The translations under genes and the position numbers were made by a program. A model generated the notes under the pieces. It was given only the letters and a program-made list of their open reading frames with translations, was not told the DNA's origin and did no database searches. A DNA stretch of 64,000 nucleotides from Rhina ancylostomus (lineage: Eukaryota), in assembly GCA_030265395.1 (NCBI GenBank), contig JARFYF010000063.1:43443214-43507213 (forward strand), in the 5' to 3' direction. The stretch's first letter is position 1. Every line of letters begins with the position of its first letter. Of this stretch, positions 1 to 12,872 are shown in pieces.

Positions 1-259
1 TGAAACTTAAAGTTTTTGGTCATAATTTAAATAATGGAAGGATATCTTAAATCCAAACGGATTAATCTTGGCCTGAATGAAATGCATCCTCTGTGCCTCA
101 GAGATTTAAAACTGTACAGTGTTCCTAAATGAAATGATATGGACTTTCATTTGCAACAACAATTTGTTTTGATGGGCATAAAATTCAGTTTCCTTAATAG
201 TTATCATGAATATTTTAATGTATGAGTTAATGTAAGTGATTTCAATAATACAGACTTAC

Positions 260-341
260 TCTGCAAAGTCAGGGTGACACTCCGCTCAATCACACCAGCA
301 TCATTCGTAGCAATGCACTTATAGTCTCCTGCATCTTCATT
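260..341 (-). CDS. HMCN1: HMCN1 exon (82 nt, phase 0-1)
   Basis: ctag|AATGAAGAT...TTGCAGA|gtaagt; NEDAGDYKCIATNDAGVIERSVTLTLQ. Confidence 0.93.
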
Positions 342-805
342 CTAGAAAAGGAAAAAGATTAAAACCCAAAAGGAGCTCAAATTTAGAAACAAATTCAGGC
401 CACATGCTTTCATTTTTCTTATGCAAGGACTGTGTGGATAATCTATCTGGAGAGCAGAGGATAATTAAATTATTTAACTTGTGCCAATTGACTTAGTTAT
501 TTCCTGGCTTAAAAAAAAACTCTAGGGCAAACATGGTCTGGAAGAACATGTTGCTTCTATACTTGTTTTCAAATAATTATCATTGTTTTATATTTTAAAA
601 GTATAAAATATAATGCGTTGATGGAAATCTATCACTTCCCATCTCAATCATGGTGAATCTACTGATGGGAAGATTGGAACTTAAATCAATGTCAGTAAAG
701 ACTATTCTGCGGTCAGCCAACTATGAACAAAAACATGCTACGGTATAAATCCTGAATATGTTGCCATGTTATGTTTTCCAGGGTTTCCAATCGTCCCATA
801 TTGAT

Positions 806-1132
806 CAGCACAGTGGCACAGCTGGTAGAGCTGCAGCCTCACAGCTCCAGTGATCTGGTTTCAATCCTGCCCTCTGGTGCTGCCAGTGTGGAGGTTGCAT
901 ATTCTCCACTGGCCACATAGGCTTCTTCTGGATGGTCCAGTTTCCTCCCATATCCCAAAGACACGAGTTGGTAGCTTAATTGGCCACTGTAAATTGTACC
1001 TGGTGTGCAGTGGTACTGGCGAAATCAGAGGGGGAGTTGATGGGAGAATAAAGTTGAATTAGTCTGTGAATGCTTGAAGGTCAGCATGGACCTGGTGGGC
1101 CGAAAGGCCTGTTTTTATGCTGCATGTGACTC
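806..1132 (+). mobile_element. tRNA-derived SINE (HE1/V-SINE-like) with CR1-type 3' tail
   Basis: A-box-like TGGCACAGCTGG, B-box-like GGTTTCAATCC, core GTTTCCTCCCATATCCCAAAGAC, tail GGTGGGCCGAAAGGCCTGTTT..GCTG shared with the CR1 3' ends in this window. Confidence 0.8.
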
Positions 1133-1589
1133 AAATTGCATAATAACTCAAATTTGTAGTTCACATTAAAATGACAAGAATATTTGATCCCTTCCCCACT
1201 CCACCTGGATAGAAGAATGTTTTAAAAGATCATTATTTTGACAGAAGCATTCAAATACTTCTTACTTTATATTTTTAATAATTATATATGTCTGCAATTT
1301 AAACATTGAAGGAAATTTAACTTTAACTACATTTTAAAGGGACACAGTAAGGTATTATTTAAATGTGAATTTAACATCTTTGCAAAAAATAAAAGATCAG
1401 AGCCTGTCATTAAATCAAAATGTTTTTACAAAACTAGTCACAATTACAACTTTTAAATTCCTGGTTCAAAAACCAATCACTCCTGGACAGATAAGATGGG
1501 TTCAACAAAAAATAAATCTTCGGCTTTTGTGATAGAAAACTTTTCTCTAAATAATTGTTATATTCATGTCATTTCATTATGAGGTTTGG

Positions 1590-2270
1590 CATTAGAGCCA
1601 CAGAGTAATACAGCAAGAAAACAGGCCTTTGGCCCAATTTGTCCATGCCAAACAAGATGCCCATTTAAGCCAGTCCCATTTGCCCTGACTTTGGTCTGTA
1701 TCCTTCCAAACTTTTCCTATCCATGTACCTGTCCAAATATCTTTCAGATATTGTTATTGTACTTTCCTTAACCACTTCCTCTGGCAGCTCATTCCATACC
1801 CACACCATTCTCTGCAAGAAGTTGTTGCCTCAGATCCCTTTTAAATCTTTCCCCTCTCACCTTAAACCTCTGTCCTTTAGTTTTTGATTCCCTTTCCATG
1901 GGAAAAAGACTGTGTGCATTCACCCTATCAATGCCCCCTCATGATTTTATACACCTCTGTAAATTCACCCCTCAGTCTCCTATGCTCCAACAAATAAAGT
2001 CCTAGCCTGCCCAACCTCTGCCTGTAACTCAGACCCTCAAGTCCCGGCACATTCTCAAATCGTTTTGCACTCTTTCCAGCTGAATGATGTCTTTCCTATA
2101 ACAGGGTAACCAAAACGGTACACAATTACACCAGGTGCAGCCTCACCAACATCTTGTCCAACTGCAACATCATGCCCCAATGCTTATGCTCAGTGCGTGC
2201 CCTGACTGATGAAGGCTAGCATGCCAAATGCCCTCTTCACCACCCTGTCTACCTGTGATGCTACTTTCAG
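1590..2270 (-). mobile_element. CR1-clade LINE 3' fragment, decayed
   Basis: The reverse complement resembles the CR1 ORF2 C-terminus and 3' UTR also seen at 52975-53515 and 56165-56507. Confidence 0.8.
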
Positions 2271-2455
2271 AGAAATATTGTATTTATATATTTAAGGAAA
2301 GGATTTTATTTCAGGAGGATGTTTTCCAAAATTACTTTATAAACTGATTATTGTGAGAACTAACCAGTTTCATAACGTCTTGAATGGATATTAGTTTTGA
2401 AATTGTTAGATTTTTAAGATTTAATAAATCTTCTTTATCAGTTTCCCTGGCTTAC

Positions 2456-2646
2456 CACTGTGCCATAGATGGCCAGCGAACCATTGTGGAGTTGGCGAAT
2501 TCTGTTGCTGATTGGAATATGGATTCCTTTCTTACTCCACTGAATAGTAGGGGGCGGATCACCTCGGACCTCACAGTTTAGGATAGCGTTCCCTCCAAGA
2601 GGCTCAATGCGGTTTGGATTAAAGTCGCCATCAAAGATTGGAGGCT
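2456..2646 (-). CDS. HMCN1: HMCN1 exon (191 nt, phase 1-0)
   Basis: acag|AGCCTCCA...ACAGTG|gtaag; EPPIFDGDFNPNRIEPLGGNAILNCEVRGDPPPTIQWSKKGIHIPISNRIRQLHNGSLAIYGTV. Confidence 0.94.
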
Positions 2647-3851
2647 CTGTGCAGAGACAGTTGGTGCTTAATATTCAACAAATATAATGTTGTGACTCAA
2701 ACATTTATCTTAGATCATGACATCAAAACTTGACACATAGTCCTGATAAATTATGCAGAACATGGCAATTTTCTCTGCACTGTTCTGTATATTCACATCT
2801 GTTGATGGTACTATTCATCAGCCTATCTGGAGGTACATTCATTTTTTCATTTGGATCTCTCTGAGTCCAGGTAAATTTTCGCAATCAATATGAAACATCT
2901 GGCTATGATTTTACTTATTGCTATAAAGCTCAGCCCTTTCAAAGGAGCAATGATGATTAAACTTCGTTTAGTGCTATTGCTGCAAATCCTTTATTGTGTT
3001 TCTGCTCCAAGTTGTGTGTTTCACCCACATTGAATGCTTAATGGAAATTCAACAGTTGTGGTTTTGGATTTCCTAACCAGGAAATTAAGTACAAGTTCTC
3101 AGCTTTCCAATTCAGTTGCAACAGAAGAATGATCTCATTGGAAGTAGGATGTGTAATCTACTTTTATGAAATCATCACTTTAATTTGAAACAGAAGTAAC
3201 CGAGCTCAAGGACTGTTCTTCATAAGCTGTAGTTTTTGCTCATCTTCACTAAGCGTGCCAACAATTTCGATCAGCCAAATATCAGCTGGAATTCTTGCCC
3301 TCGACCGCTGCGTTGAGTGANNNNNNNNNNCCAAGTCGACACTATTGATTGGTCCCATCAATTTGAACAGAGTTGCATAGCAACTCATTCTGTCTTTCTG
3401 CACCAATTAAAAACACTTTTACTTTTGAGCAAGAAAAATGGACATCCTTCTTTTGGCTCATTTAATTTTTTTTGCAAGGTCTAATCTTATGTCAATTGCA
3501 ATGAGAAATCATATAATATTTGTTATGTGTTATGATATAGGCTTGAACGAGCCAGTCATGAGTACTGGAATCTCAAGACACTTTGTGTTTTTATCTTGGT
3601 GCATGCTCAGATGTACCATTTTACCAGACACTGTAATGATCTTTTCTCTTTTTAGATGCTAATAGCTCTCTACTACAAATCCAGGATTTTCCATATTTGC
3701 TTCAATATTTAAAACAAATGTTTCAGGTTAGAAATTCATCATCTTCTTCTGCAAACGTTGTTGAAACATATTCTACTCCAGTGGGGAGCAGGTAAATTAG
3801 TGAACTGCATTGAAATGGCTGACGTGCAAACAAAAGAAGTTGCTAATTCAC

Positions 3852-3986
3852 CTTTGACGTATACAAATCCAATGGCTTTGATGGATCCAACTTGGTTTTC
3901 TGCTGTACAAACGTATGTACCTGAGTCATCCTTTGACACCTTTTCCATGACCAGTTTACTGTGTCCATTAACATCATCATATTGGG
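3852..3986 (-). CDS. HMCN1: HMCN1 exon (135 nt, phase 1-1)
   Basis: AQYDDVNGHSKLVMEKVSKDDSGTYVCTAENQVGSIKAIGFVYVK; ag/gtgaat boundaries. Confidence 0.94.
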
Positions 3987-4360
3987 CTGTGGGGACAAAA
4001 AATGTGTTCATTTGTCAGAATAGAGTTGCCTCATTTGTCTGTTGCTTCTGAATTTAGGATTTCAACATATTACTCACTACACAGTTTCAAGTTTTCATTT
4101 GGGAAGAAAGGATAATCCATTATTTTCTGTGTTTGATGTGATGATAGGTTTTCCAAATATTTTATATTTTACAAAGTATTATGCAAATTTAGAGCAGAGA
4201 AGCATCTAGCTCACTGTAACTGTGGTTGGTCCTTAAAGGAGCAACTGTGCCCGTTCCTATGACAATTGCTTATTGCCCATAACCTTGTAAATTCTTCACC
4301 CTGACGTAACAGTAAAACAGACTGTCAATCAGATTGTGCCATTGCCTTAGGAATTCTTAC

Positions 4361-4574
4361 CAGGTATAATGTTGTTGTTGAAGGTCCAGGTAATTTTGGG
4401 TGTGGGAATACCATTTGCTGCACAATTCAATTCTAGACGATCCCCCTTGTTTAAGGATACATCTCCTGGCAGTTCTGTAAAAGTAGGGTGGGTGTGGACA
4501 TTCAGGGTCATGGTCTTGGTGTCACGACCGGCCACATTGGTAGCTATACAAGTGTAGCTACCAGTGTCATCAGG
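4361..4574 (-). CDS. HMCN1: HMCN1 exon (214 nt, phase 0-1)
   Basis: PDDTGSYTCIATNVAGRDTKTMTLNVHTHPTFTELPGDVSLNKGDRLELNCAANGIPTPKITWTFNNNIIP; ag/gtaag. Confidence 0.95.
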
Positions 4575-6021
4575 CTAGCAGAGAATAAAAGAAAATTAGA
4601 ATTAGGATTTTGACAGATGAAATCTAAAGTCAGCACATCAGGAAATCCTGGTCTATCTATATTCCTGCTACTCTCTTCCCATCACGAAAGGTGGCAATCT
4701 GCATCACTGATATATCTAGAGATACTGTCTGGCACCTCCCAGGTACCAGATAAATTTTCACAATTCATGAAAAATCCAGGTATGATTTTATTTAGAACTG
4801 TTTCCTTCTTGCATCTTTCAAAGATTAAGTCATTGCTGCCTATTTGCTTTGTGGTTACTTGGAACAGTGATGTTGAAACCTGGCTATTGCAAAAAATGTA
4901 TTACTGGCAGTATTCAACATAACAAAGGTGCTTTCCACATGAAAGAAAATTCAATGCAGAGATGTCACTCTTGAATGAATCAAAATTTTGTTGTTATACA
5001 AAAAGGATCTGGATGGGAGGAGAAACTGAGTTGACACTTCAATAAATTAGCAAACATAGTTGGAGCACAGTTCGTCCTGGTTTAGTTGCCTTACTTACAT
5101 ATCTATAGTCAATTTTTGTTGGGCCCAATCATTCCTTCTAGTTACCTCTTCCAGTTATTTAATTACTATTCATTACAAACTAAAATAATCCTTTAAACAA
5201 TAAAAAAAGAACCATTGACCATATTGACATTGCTCAAAGTGAGAGTCTGACAAGTCGGTCTGCCTGACTGTTTAATGGATGTACCTGATTATTTCATGCT
5301 AAGCATACAATGGATAATGCCACATTGTTAGCATACACCAATTAGAGAGCCAGGTTGAATTCTATATTCATGTAGATGCAGGTATGATTAGTGCACAGTG
5401 AACATATTGTTGCTTACAACTTTCAGCTTTGAAAAGGATGCTTATTATATAGTCGTACATTGAAGGCTGACTGAATATTGAGTCACATTTGCTTATAATT
5501 TTATGCATTGCCTGGGGAGAGGAGAAAGTGAAATGGAGACAAAAATCTATAGGTTTTGAGATTGCGAACTGAAAAGGGTAACTTCTCCGAATGTCCCCAT
5601 TTTAAGGCCCTGTACAAAAGTCCTAGTTTTTTTTTTACTTGGAAATGGGAGCATTACCACACTGTAACAAGTACACAACATCTTAAGAAACTGCACATTT
5701 TCAAAATATGTTGAATTATGCCAGCAATTGTACTGAAAACAACCAGTGAAAAGCAAAAGAAATGGAAGTGGGTGTTGTCCCTTGAAACCTCCCGGTCTGC
5801 TCCACCATTCAATAAAATCAATGCTGGTTCTGTATCTCAATCCATTTTCCCACCTGATCCCCATATCCCTCAATTCCCTTAGCGTTCTAAAACAAATCAA
5901 TTTTAGCCTTAAATATGCTCAATGATGAATTCAAATACATGTGTTCATCAAAACAATCCCTCAAAAGCACAAACGTCACTTTACATTCCACTGCACAAGA
6001 CAGAGGACTTTTGTAACTTAC

Positions 6022-6212
6022 CACTGCATTTTCCACAATGAGTTCTCCTGACTGCAATAATCTATATTTGCCTGGTGTGCCCTGCAGGATTTTGCCATCT
6101 TTCTGCCAGGTCAGCACTGGGTCAGGAACACCATCAGCCCTGCATGGTATTATTGCCTGAGATTCCTCAATCGCAGTGAACTCAGTGTGAGAGGTGTGGA
6201 TGGATGGTGGAA
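6022..6212 (-). CDS. HMCN1: HMCN1 exon (191 nt, phase 1-0)
   Basis: IPPSIHTSHTEFTAIEESQAIIPCRADGVPDPVLTWQKDGKILQGTPGKYRLLQSGELIVENAV; ag/gtaag. Confidence 0.94.
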
Positions 6213-7078
6213 CTGTAAAAGGCAGATTGAATAATAGAGCTTAGTGTAAGTCATAACTTCACACTGGGAGCATCATGAGACAAAGACTTGTCCAATAACT
6301 TTATACACACTTGAGTTTCCAACTTTAGTGATACCTNNNNNNNNNNNNNNNNNNNNNNNNNNNNNNNNNNNNNNNNNNNNNNNNNNNNNNNNNNNNNNNN
6401 NNNNNNNNNNNNNNNNNNNNNNNNNNNNNNNNNNNNGTTTATTTTTCTTCCATTTGATCCTCTGCTACACTATGAACCCTACAAAATGAGAGTGTAGTCA
6501 GTGGATGAAAATGCATAATATCACTTTCTAGCTGATAATTGAAAACCAGACACTTTATAACTTTCTTTCCAGCTTTTGTGCAAGTGATTGCCTTTCCTTT
6601 GGCACCTCTCTCCTTGACCTCATGGTTGAGAACTCCTGTTCATTTAATCTCTATTATCCATGAGCTGAGCTTGCACGTGCTGAGATAGTTGGGTAGATTC
6701 CATCAACTGGGATGAGGGAACTGTAGTGAAGTCAGTCTGAGGTTTCAGCATCAAACTACTTTTCCCAATGGTTGGCAATCAACTTGTGCATTTCAAATAC
6801 TCTGTCGATCAGAGTCTGAGAAATGCAGGCAAGCTGCACAGTGCTGCTGAAAAATGGACAGTGTACGTTTGACTTTTCTTTGAGTTAGAAGGATTAATAC
6901 TCTAGCTGTTCAATGAAAATAATTTTAAAGTTAAGTATTTTTGATCGGTCTGTTTCAAGCGATTGCTTCAAGGATCTTCTGGTAACTCAGCACAAGCACC
7001 AATGGATGGAGCATGCAGTTAAAGAAATCCACCTGATCTTAAAGATGAGGATGTTGACATAGGTAACGTAACACTTAC

Positions 7079-7348
7079 TGTGAACTGTCAGAACCATGAC
7101 CGAACTGCTGGAACCTGCAGGATTAGCTGCTGTGCAGGTGTATCGTCCAGTGTCTTGGGGCTGGACAAAGGCAATCTGGAGGGCTCCAGTGCTGAGAATC
7201 CTCTGGCGAATGCTCTCGGAAACTGGATGTCCATCTTTGTTCCAGGTGACTTCAGGAGTTGGGTCACCCTTGGTCTCACAAATCAAGGTGACAGGTTTGT
7301 CCAAAGCAACAACGTAGTTTGTTGGATGGGCCATTATGACTGGAGGCA
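7079..7348 (-). CDS. HMCN1: HMCN1 exon (270 nt, phase 1-1, one whole Ig domain)
   Basis: VPPVIMAHPTNYVVALDKPVTLICET...ESIRQRILSTGALQIAFVQPQDTGRYTCTAANPAGSSSSVMVLTVH; ag/gtaagt. Confidence 0.95.
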
Positions 7349-8140
7349 CTTCAAAATGAAAGTAAGTTAATATGTCAATTAAATTTAGTCAAAGATACAT
7401 CTAAACAGATTAAGAAATACTCAGGCATTGCATACATTTTTTTATTAAAACCCGTGGCTAAGAGAGCAATAATTGAGAAGCAATCATGAGACAACATCAA
7501 AGTGATCTACCTAGCAGTAGGATTTCATAGGGCCTGTGAGACCTATTTCATTATGCCTTAAAGGAGATCAGCTTGAGCAAGTCCAAGTAAGGTGGTTGTA
7601 AACCACTAGGTTATATCACCTCTAAGGTAGTTGCTTCTCTGGCTCTCCTTTAGAACTTCTACCCCGCTCCTCTCCCCCCCAACCAAAGCTCTGACCCTTG
7701 CCCAACCCTGCCATCAACTGACTGCATCTGACACCCACTATCTGTGGACCTAAACCACCTTGACAACCTCACCAACCGACCCCCGGCAATCAATCCAATC
7801 CTCAACTGCAAACTTCATCACTCCCNNNNNNNNNNNNNNNNNNNNNNNNNNNNNNNNNNNNNNNNNNNNNNNNNNNNNNNNNNNNNNNNCTATGAACCCA
7901 TCGATTGCTACCAACCCCACCTTCTCATCCACATCCTACTGACTCCCCCAGAATGGCCACTCTTCCCTGTGACCCACTGGGTCCAACTCACATGCTCCAC
8001 CATGTTGGCCTCATTCTCTCAGCCGTTGCCCATAAGCAAAATGTTATTTGGGCTGGCACAAACCATTTTCTTAATAGGCCTTTACAAACACCAACCTTTG
8101 TCCAGTAATAGCAGGAGGAAGTGTGGCTAATTGTACTTTA

Positions 8141-8478
8141 GAGCAACACAGTTGTGCAGCTGATAGAACCGCTGCCTCTCAGTGGCAGAGACCTGGGTTC
8201 AATCCTGACCTCAGGTGCTGTCTGTGTGGAGGTTGCATGTTCCCTTGTGACCAGACAAGGTTTTCCCCCAGATGCTCCTATTTCCTCCCACATCCAAAGT
8301 GCTAAATGTTTATTGTAAGATGACCCAAGTGTGCAGGGGAGTGGTAGAATTTGTGGGGAGTTGTTGAGAATATAGGAACAATAAAAAATAGGATTAATGT
8401 AGGATTAGGATATGTGGGTGGCTTACGTTCAGCTGGGATTCAGTGGGATGAAGGGCCTATTTCTATAACTCTACGACT
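8141..8478 (+). mobile_element. tRNA-derived SINE (HE1/V-SINE-like) with CR1-type tail
   Basis: Colinear with 806-1132: GGGTTCAATCC B box, TTTCCTCCCACATCCAAAG core, GAAGGGCCTATTTCT tail. Confidence 0.78.
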
Positions 8479-9584
8479 ATATTAATGAGGCTGGATGGCT
8501 GTACAGAAGAGACAGCTTGTGGCTGGCAATCCACAAATTAACCAGAAGTATATTATCCCAGCAAGCTCCGAGGGAGCCAAGGACTGTGAATGTCCATGTT
8601 GTGGATACTGTGTGAGACGGAGAGAAGGGGAGAGTTATGTGATCCTGTGTGATTGTTAACTGTCCACAAGGGTACATTATTCACAATACTGCAATAAAAT
8701 CGGCTCCACTATAAGGAGTGATTGGCTTACAAATCACGAGAAAATTACTGCAGCTCTGTGTCTGAAGGACTTGTTTGTTCACATAGGACATTTCATCTTA
8801 AAATGTGGTTAGGTGGTTTCAATGACAGAAACAGACAGAGAAGTTTTTACATTTGTATTTTCTCTTTGGAAATGTTATTCCCTTGTGAATATGTAATTAT
8901 TCACAATAATTACATTATCCACAATAAGTAGTAAGTAACACTACTGTTACTTTACAGAAGTTGTGTCTGACCACCTGGAATTAAGAAATTATGGGATGTT
9001 GAAAATTGTACCAAATGGTTGACACAGATACCAGGCAGGAAAGGAAAATGGAGCTCAAGTTTGTTTATTCAGGCCTTGTGGGAAAGAGGAAGCTTTGCAA
9101 AATACTTAGTGTTAAGTCAAAGGAGAAGCTGCAATTACACTTGTTTATGGCCAGCAGATTTATTACACATCCATAAGAGTACTGTTGTCAAGGCAGGGGT
9201 GACCTGCTCTGTTACCATAAGCTGTACCTCATAGGACTGCTGGCAGATTAAACCTGAAGTGATCCTGAGTATATGCAGGACTGAAGTCACAGTGTTACAG
9301 GGTAGAAAGGGTAGTGTAGAATCTGCTGCTATATTGAAGGTTACTTTCATTTCTCTGTGAAGGTATTTCACCACAGAATAATGAATTATGGTCTTTTGTC
9401 ATCAAAAATTGCAAGTCAGGCTCTCCTCATAGCTGGTAGTAATTCAATTATTGGCCTGTTGTAAACATGAGTAGCCAGGGGAAGATACAAGTCCTACAGT
9501 TTGTTACAAAAACTATTAACTGCAAGATTGCCTGTCATCTGGCATAATCTTAAACTGGAGTCCAGGATCTACAGAGCAACTTAC

Positions 9585-9719
9585 CCTGCACTCTCAGCCT
9601 AACCTTTCCCAGCGCTGTGCCAGTTGGGTTCTGTGCAACACACATATATGTCCCAGTATCTTTCACTGAAGCTCGTGTAATCTGAAGACCTCCATTGGGT
9701 AGGACAGTGTAATCTCCTT
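9585..9719 (-). CDS. HMCN1: HMCN1 exon (135 nt, phase 1-1)
   Basis: EGDYTVLPNGGLQITRASVKDTGTYMCVAQNPTGTALGKVRLRVQ; ag/gtaag. Confidence 0.94.
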
Positions 9720-9941
9720 CTGCACAAGACAAAATATTACCTTGAGAAGCACTGAGTGATAATATGCTGAACAATAATAGTTGTTCTTTGGACTTTCATG
9801 AAGAAATGGTACTAATCCATGGTTATCCAAGATGAGGATATAGAAATGAGGTGAAGTATTTGCCTGATGGCTTCAATAGTTTGAATACTTACAGAATTTA
9901 GCAAACTTCAAAGTTTTATTTGGAATTAAGGACTATTTTAC

Positions 9942-10079
9942 CTGCAGTGTTAATGCTGATGCCCTCTTTCTGCCATGTAATCGTGGGGTTTGGTGTGCCA
10001 GTAGCCTCACATGGAAGAGTAATGGGATTATTCAGAATCACCTCCAGACTGCTGGGCTGAGTTTGAATCACTGGAGGTT
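9942..10079 (-). CDS. HMCN1: HMCN1 exon (138 nt, phase 1-1)
   Basis: EPPVIQTQPSSLEVILNNPITLPCEATGTPNPTITWQKEGISINTA; ag/gtaaaa. Confidence 0.94.
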
Positions 10080-10669
10080 CTAGATGGAAAATTGAATCAT
10101 ATTGATTTAAAAAAACATAAAACTTTCAACCAATCAAAATGTGACATTACACAATATTCAATGTTTAAACTGCAAAGCCTAGATAAAGGGTACAAACCTG
10201 TTCAAATGCTCATAAAGGGCACAAACCTGTTCAATGTTCTCTACACCAAACTAGATTTGTTCTTATTACAGATAAATTCAATCAAGTATGTGATTTAGAG
10301 TTTTGGAAATTGCTGTCAATTTAAATAGAACTGTGGATTATGTTCTGCCTCAACGTAAATGAATACCAAGGCTCTCCTGGTGTATTCCAAAATCAAATTT
10401 TGATAGCATAGCCATGAGGTTATCCTTCAAATGCCATGGAAATAACAAAACCTGACATTTGTGGCACATTCTGGTGACCACCAATTAGGATACTGATGGA
10501 ATGGGCCTGCAGCTTGGGAAGGAAGTGTCAATTGGAACAAGTTTGTGATCCTTCTGAGGAAGACTTTAACCACCTTCCAAGGCCTAAAAATGTTTTCTGC
10601 ATTTTGCATTTTATGTTAAGTATTCTGTAAAGTCATACAGCATGCAAACATGCCTTTTGGCCCATGCTT

Positions 10670-12478
10670 ACAGAGTTAAAGGGCTAGAAGCTTAACATTC
10701 CTGGTCACAGGATTCTTAGATGAAATAGTGAAAGGAGATCGAGTGGCCATATTAATTCAAGAAACTACCTGTGAGAAGGATTGATATTTTACAATGATCA
10801 TCAAACAAAATAAGGTGGTTTGAACTAACGAATAAAAAAAAAGGGAACATAGATTATTGGGAGTATACTACAGACCTCCAGTCTTGGGGAAACAGAAGCA
10901 CAAATCTGCTATGTGCAAAAATCGCCATGGTAGTAATATTTGGGGGATTTCAGTCATTCCAATATTAACTGGAGATAATCAGTATGAAAGATAAAGAGAA
11001 TTTCTGAAACACACATTTAAGAGTATTTCTTTAGCATATCCAACAAAGTGGGAGGGTGGGAATTCTGGATTTAGTTTTAGGGAACAAATGTGGTGGGGTG
11101 AAAGGAATATTTGTGCAGATACCGAGAACTTAATACAGCAGAAAGCCCAGAGAGTAAATGGATGAAGGGAAGGCCTGTAAAAATATAACTGGCGGGTAAA
11201 ATATAAACATTCAAATAGGCTTTATAAGTATGTAAAAGATAAGAAAATAACAAGTTGGGATTGTTAGGAACCAAAATGGTAAGTTATGTGTGGAGACAGA
11301 GGATGTGGTAGGATTAGTAAGGTGTTTGGACAGGTACTTCGATGGGAAAGGTGTAAAGGGATACCAGCCTAATGCGGGCAAATACGATTAACATAGATGA
11401 TATCAGGGTCAGTACAGATGTGGTGGGTCAAAAGGACCTGTGTCTGTGCTGTACGCTTCTATGATTCTATAATCCTTAACAAATACTTAGCAGGTGTCTT
11501 TACAAAATATGGGGACGATACCAATTTTGTAGATAAAGAAAAAGTCTATGAAATATTTGATGGATTATGCATTGTAAAAGAGAAAGTATTAATGGGTTTA
11601 GCATCTTTAAAAGTGGATAGGCTGCCAGGCTCGAATGAAATATATCTCAAACGGCTAAAAGAAGCAAGGGAGGAAATTGCAGAGCTTTTGACCGTAATTT
11701 TTCAATCAGGAGTGACACTGGGAGAATAGATTTCTGCTAATGTTGTGCCATTTAGGGCACAACATTAGGGAGGAAGGGAGGAACCAAGGGATTACAGGCT
11801 ATTTGGTTTAACTAGCTCACTTAATTACTGGAATGAATTCTGCAGGACAATATTAACCTTCATTTAGAAAGATATAGATTCATTGTAGACAGGCTGTATT
11901 ATTTTGTTCAGGGAAGGTCATGTCTGCCTAACGACTGATCTTTTTGAGGAGGTAACAAGGAGGGTTGATGAGGGAAATGAGTTTGTAGCAGGTCAAATGG
12001 ATTTAAGTGAAGTTTTTGACAAGGGGATTCATAGCAAATTGGATCCATGGCAAATTGGATCCAAACTTTGCTCAGGATAATGGTTGAATTGTGCTTTTGT
12101 GACTGAAAGAGTGCTACCAGTGGGGTTCCACAGGGCTCAGAACTCGTCCCTTGCTTTTTGTTGTCGACAGAGGTATAACGTAAGGGGCATGACAGAGATA
12201 TTTGTAGGTGACCCAAAATTTGACTGTGCGCTTCACAAGAGGAGGAAAGCTTTTGACTTCAAGAGCAGAAATATGATCTGGTCAGCTGGGCAGAAAAATC
12301 TAATTTAGTCTAGAAAAGAGTTAATTATTGCATTTGGATAAATGCAACAAAGAAACATGCAATAAATGGGAGGAGACTAAGGAGCGCAGAGAAACAGAGG
12401 TCCTTGGAGTGTATGTCCATAGATGATTGGAAACAACTGGACAGGTTAATAAGATGGATAAAAAGGCATATAAAGAAC
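10670..12478 (+). mobile_element. Heavily decayed CR1-clade LINE ORF2 relic (endonuclease to RT)
   Basis: Residual motifs: YYRP, GDF..PNINW, LKVDRLPGSNEIYLKRLKEAREEIAELLTVIFQ, QGRSCL; many frameshifts. Confidence 0.75.
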
Positions 12479-12872
12479 CTCAGGACATATGAATACGGGA
12501 GTAGGCATAGGTCTCTTAGCCCTTCAAGCCCGGTGTGCTATTCAATATGATTGTGGCTGATCTGCTTCAGCCCTCATCTCCTCTTCTGTGTCAGTTCCCC
12601 ATCACCCACACTTTCTTGATCTTTCAAAAATATATCTACTTCTTCTTTAAGTATCCTCAATGATTAGCCTCCTCAACCCTCCAGGGTAGAGAATTCCAGA
12701 GATTCTTCCCTCTCTGCAAGTTCCTCCACATCTCAGTTTTAAATGACCAACCCCTAATCCACTAACTGTGTCCACTTGTTCGACACTCTCTCACTAGTGG
12801 CAATATCTTCACATCTATCCTGGCATGCCTGCTAAGGATCTTGTGAGTTTCAATAAGATCACCTCTCATTCT
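12478..12872 (-). mobile_element. CR1-clade LINE 3' fragment
   Basis: Reverse complement has GAATGAGAGGTGATCTTATTGAAAC..GGAATTCTCTACCC..ATCAGCCACAATCATATTGAATAG, a CR1 3' end. Confidence 0.7.

Noticed and set aside
806-880. tRNA gene (also 8141-8210 and 43698-43765)
   Set aside because: A and B boxes are present but continue into a SINE core and tail; I see no complete cloverleaf
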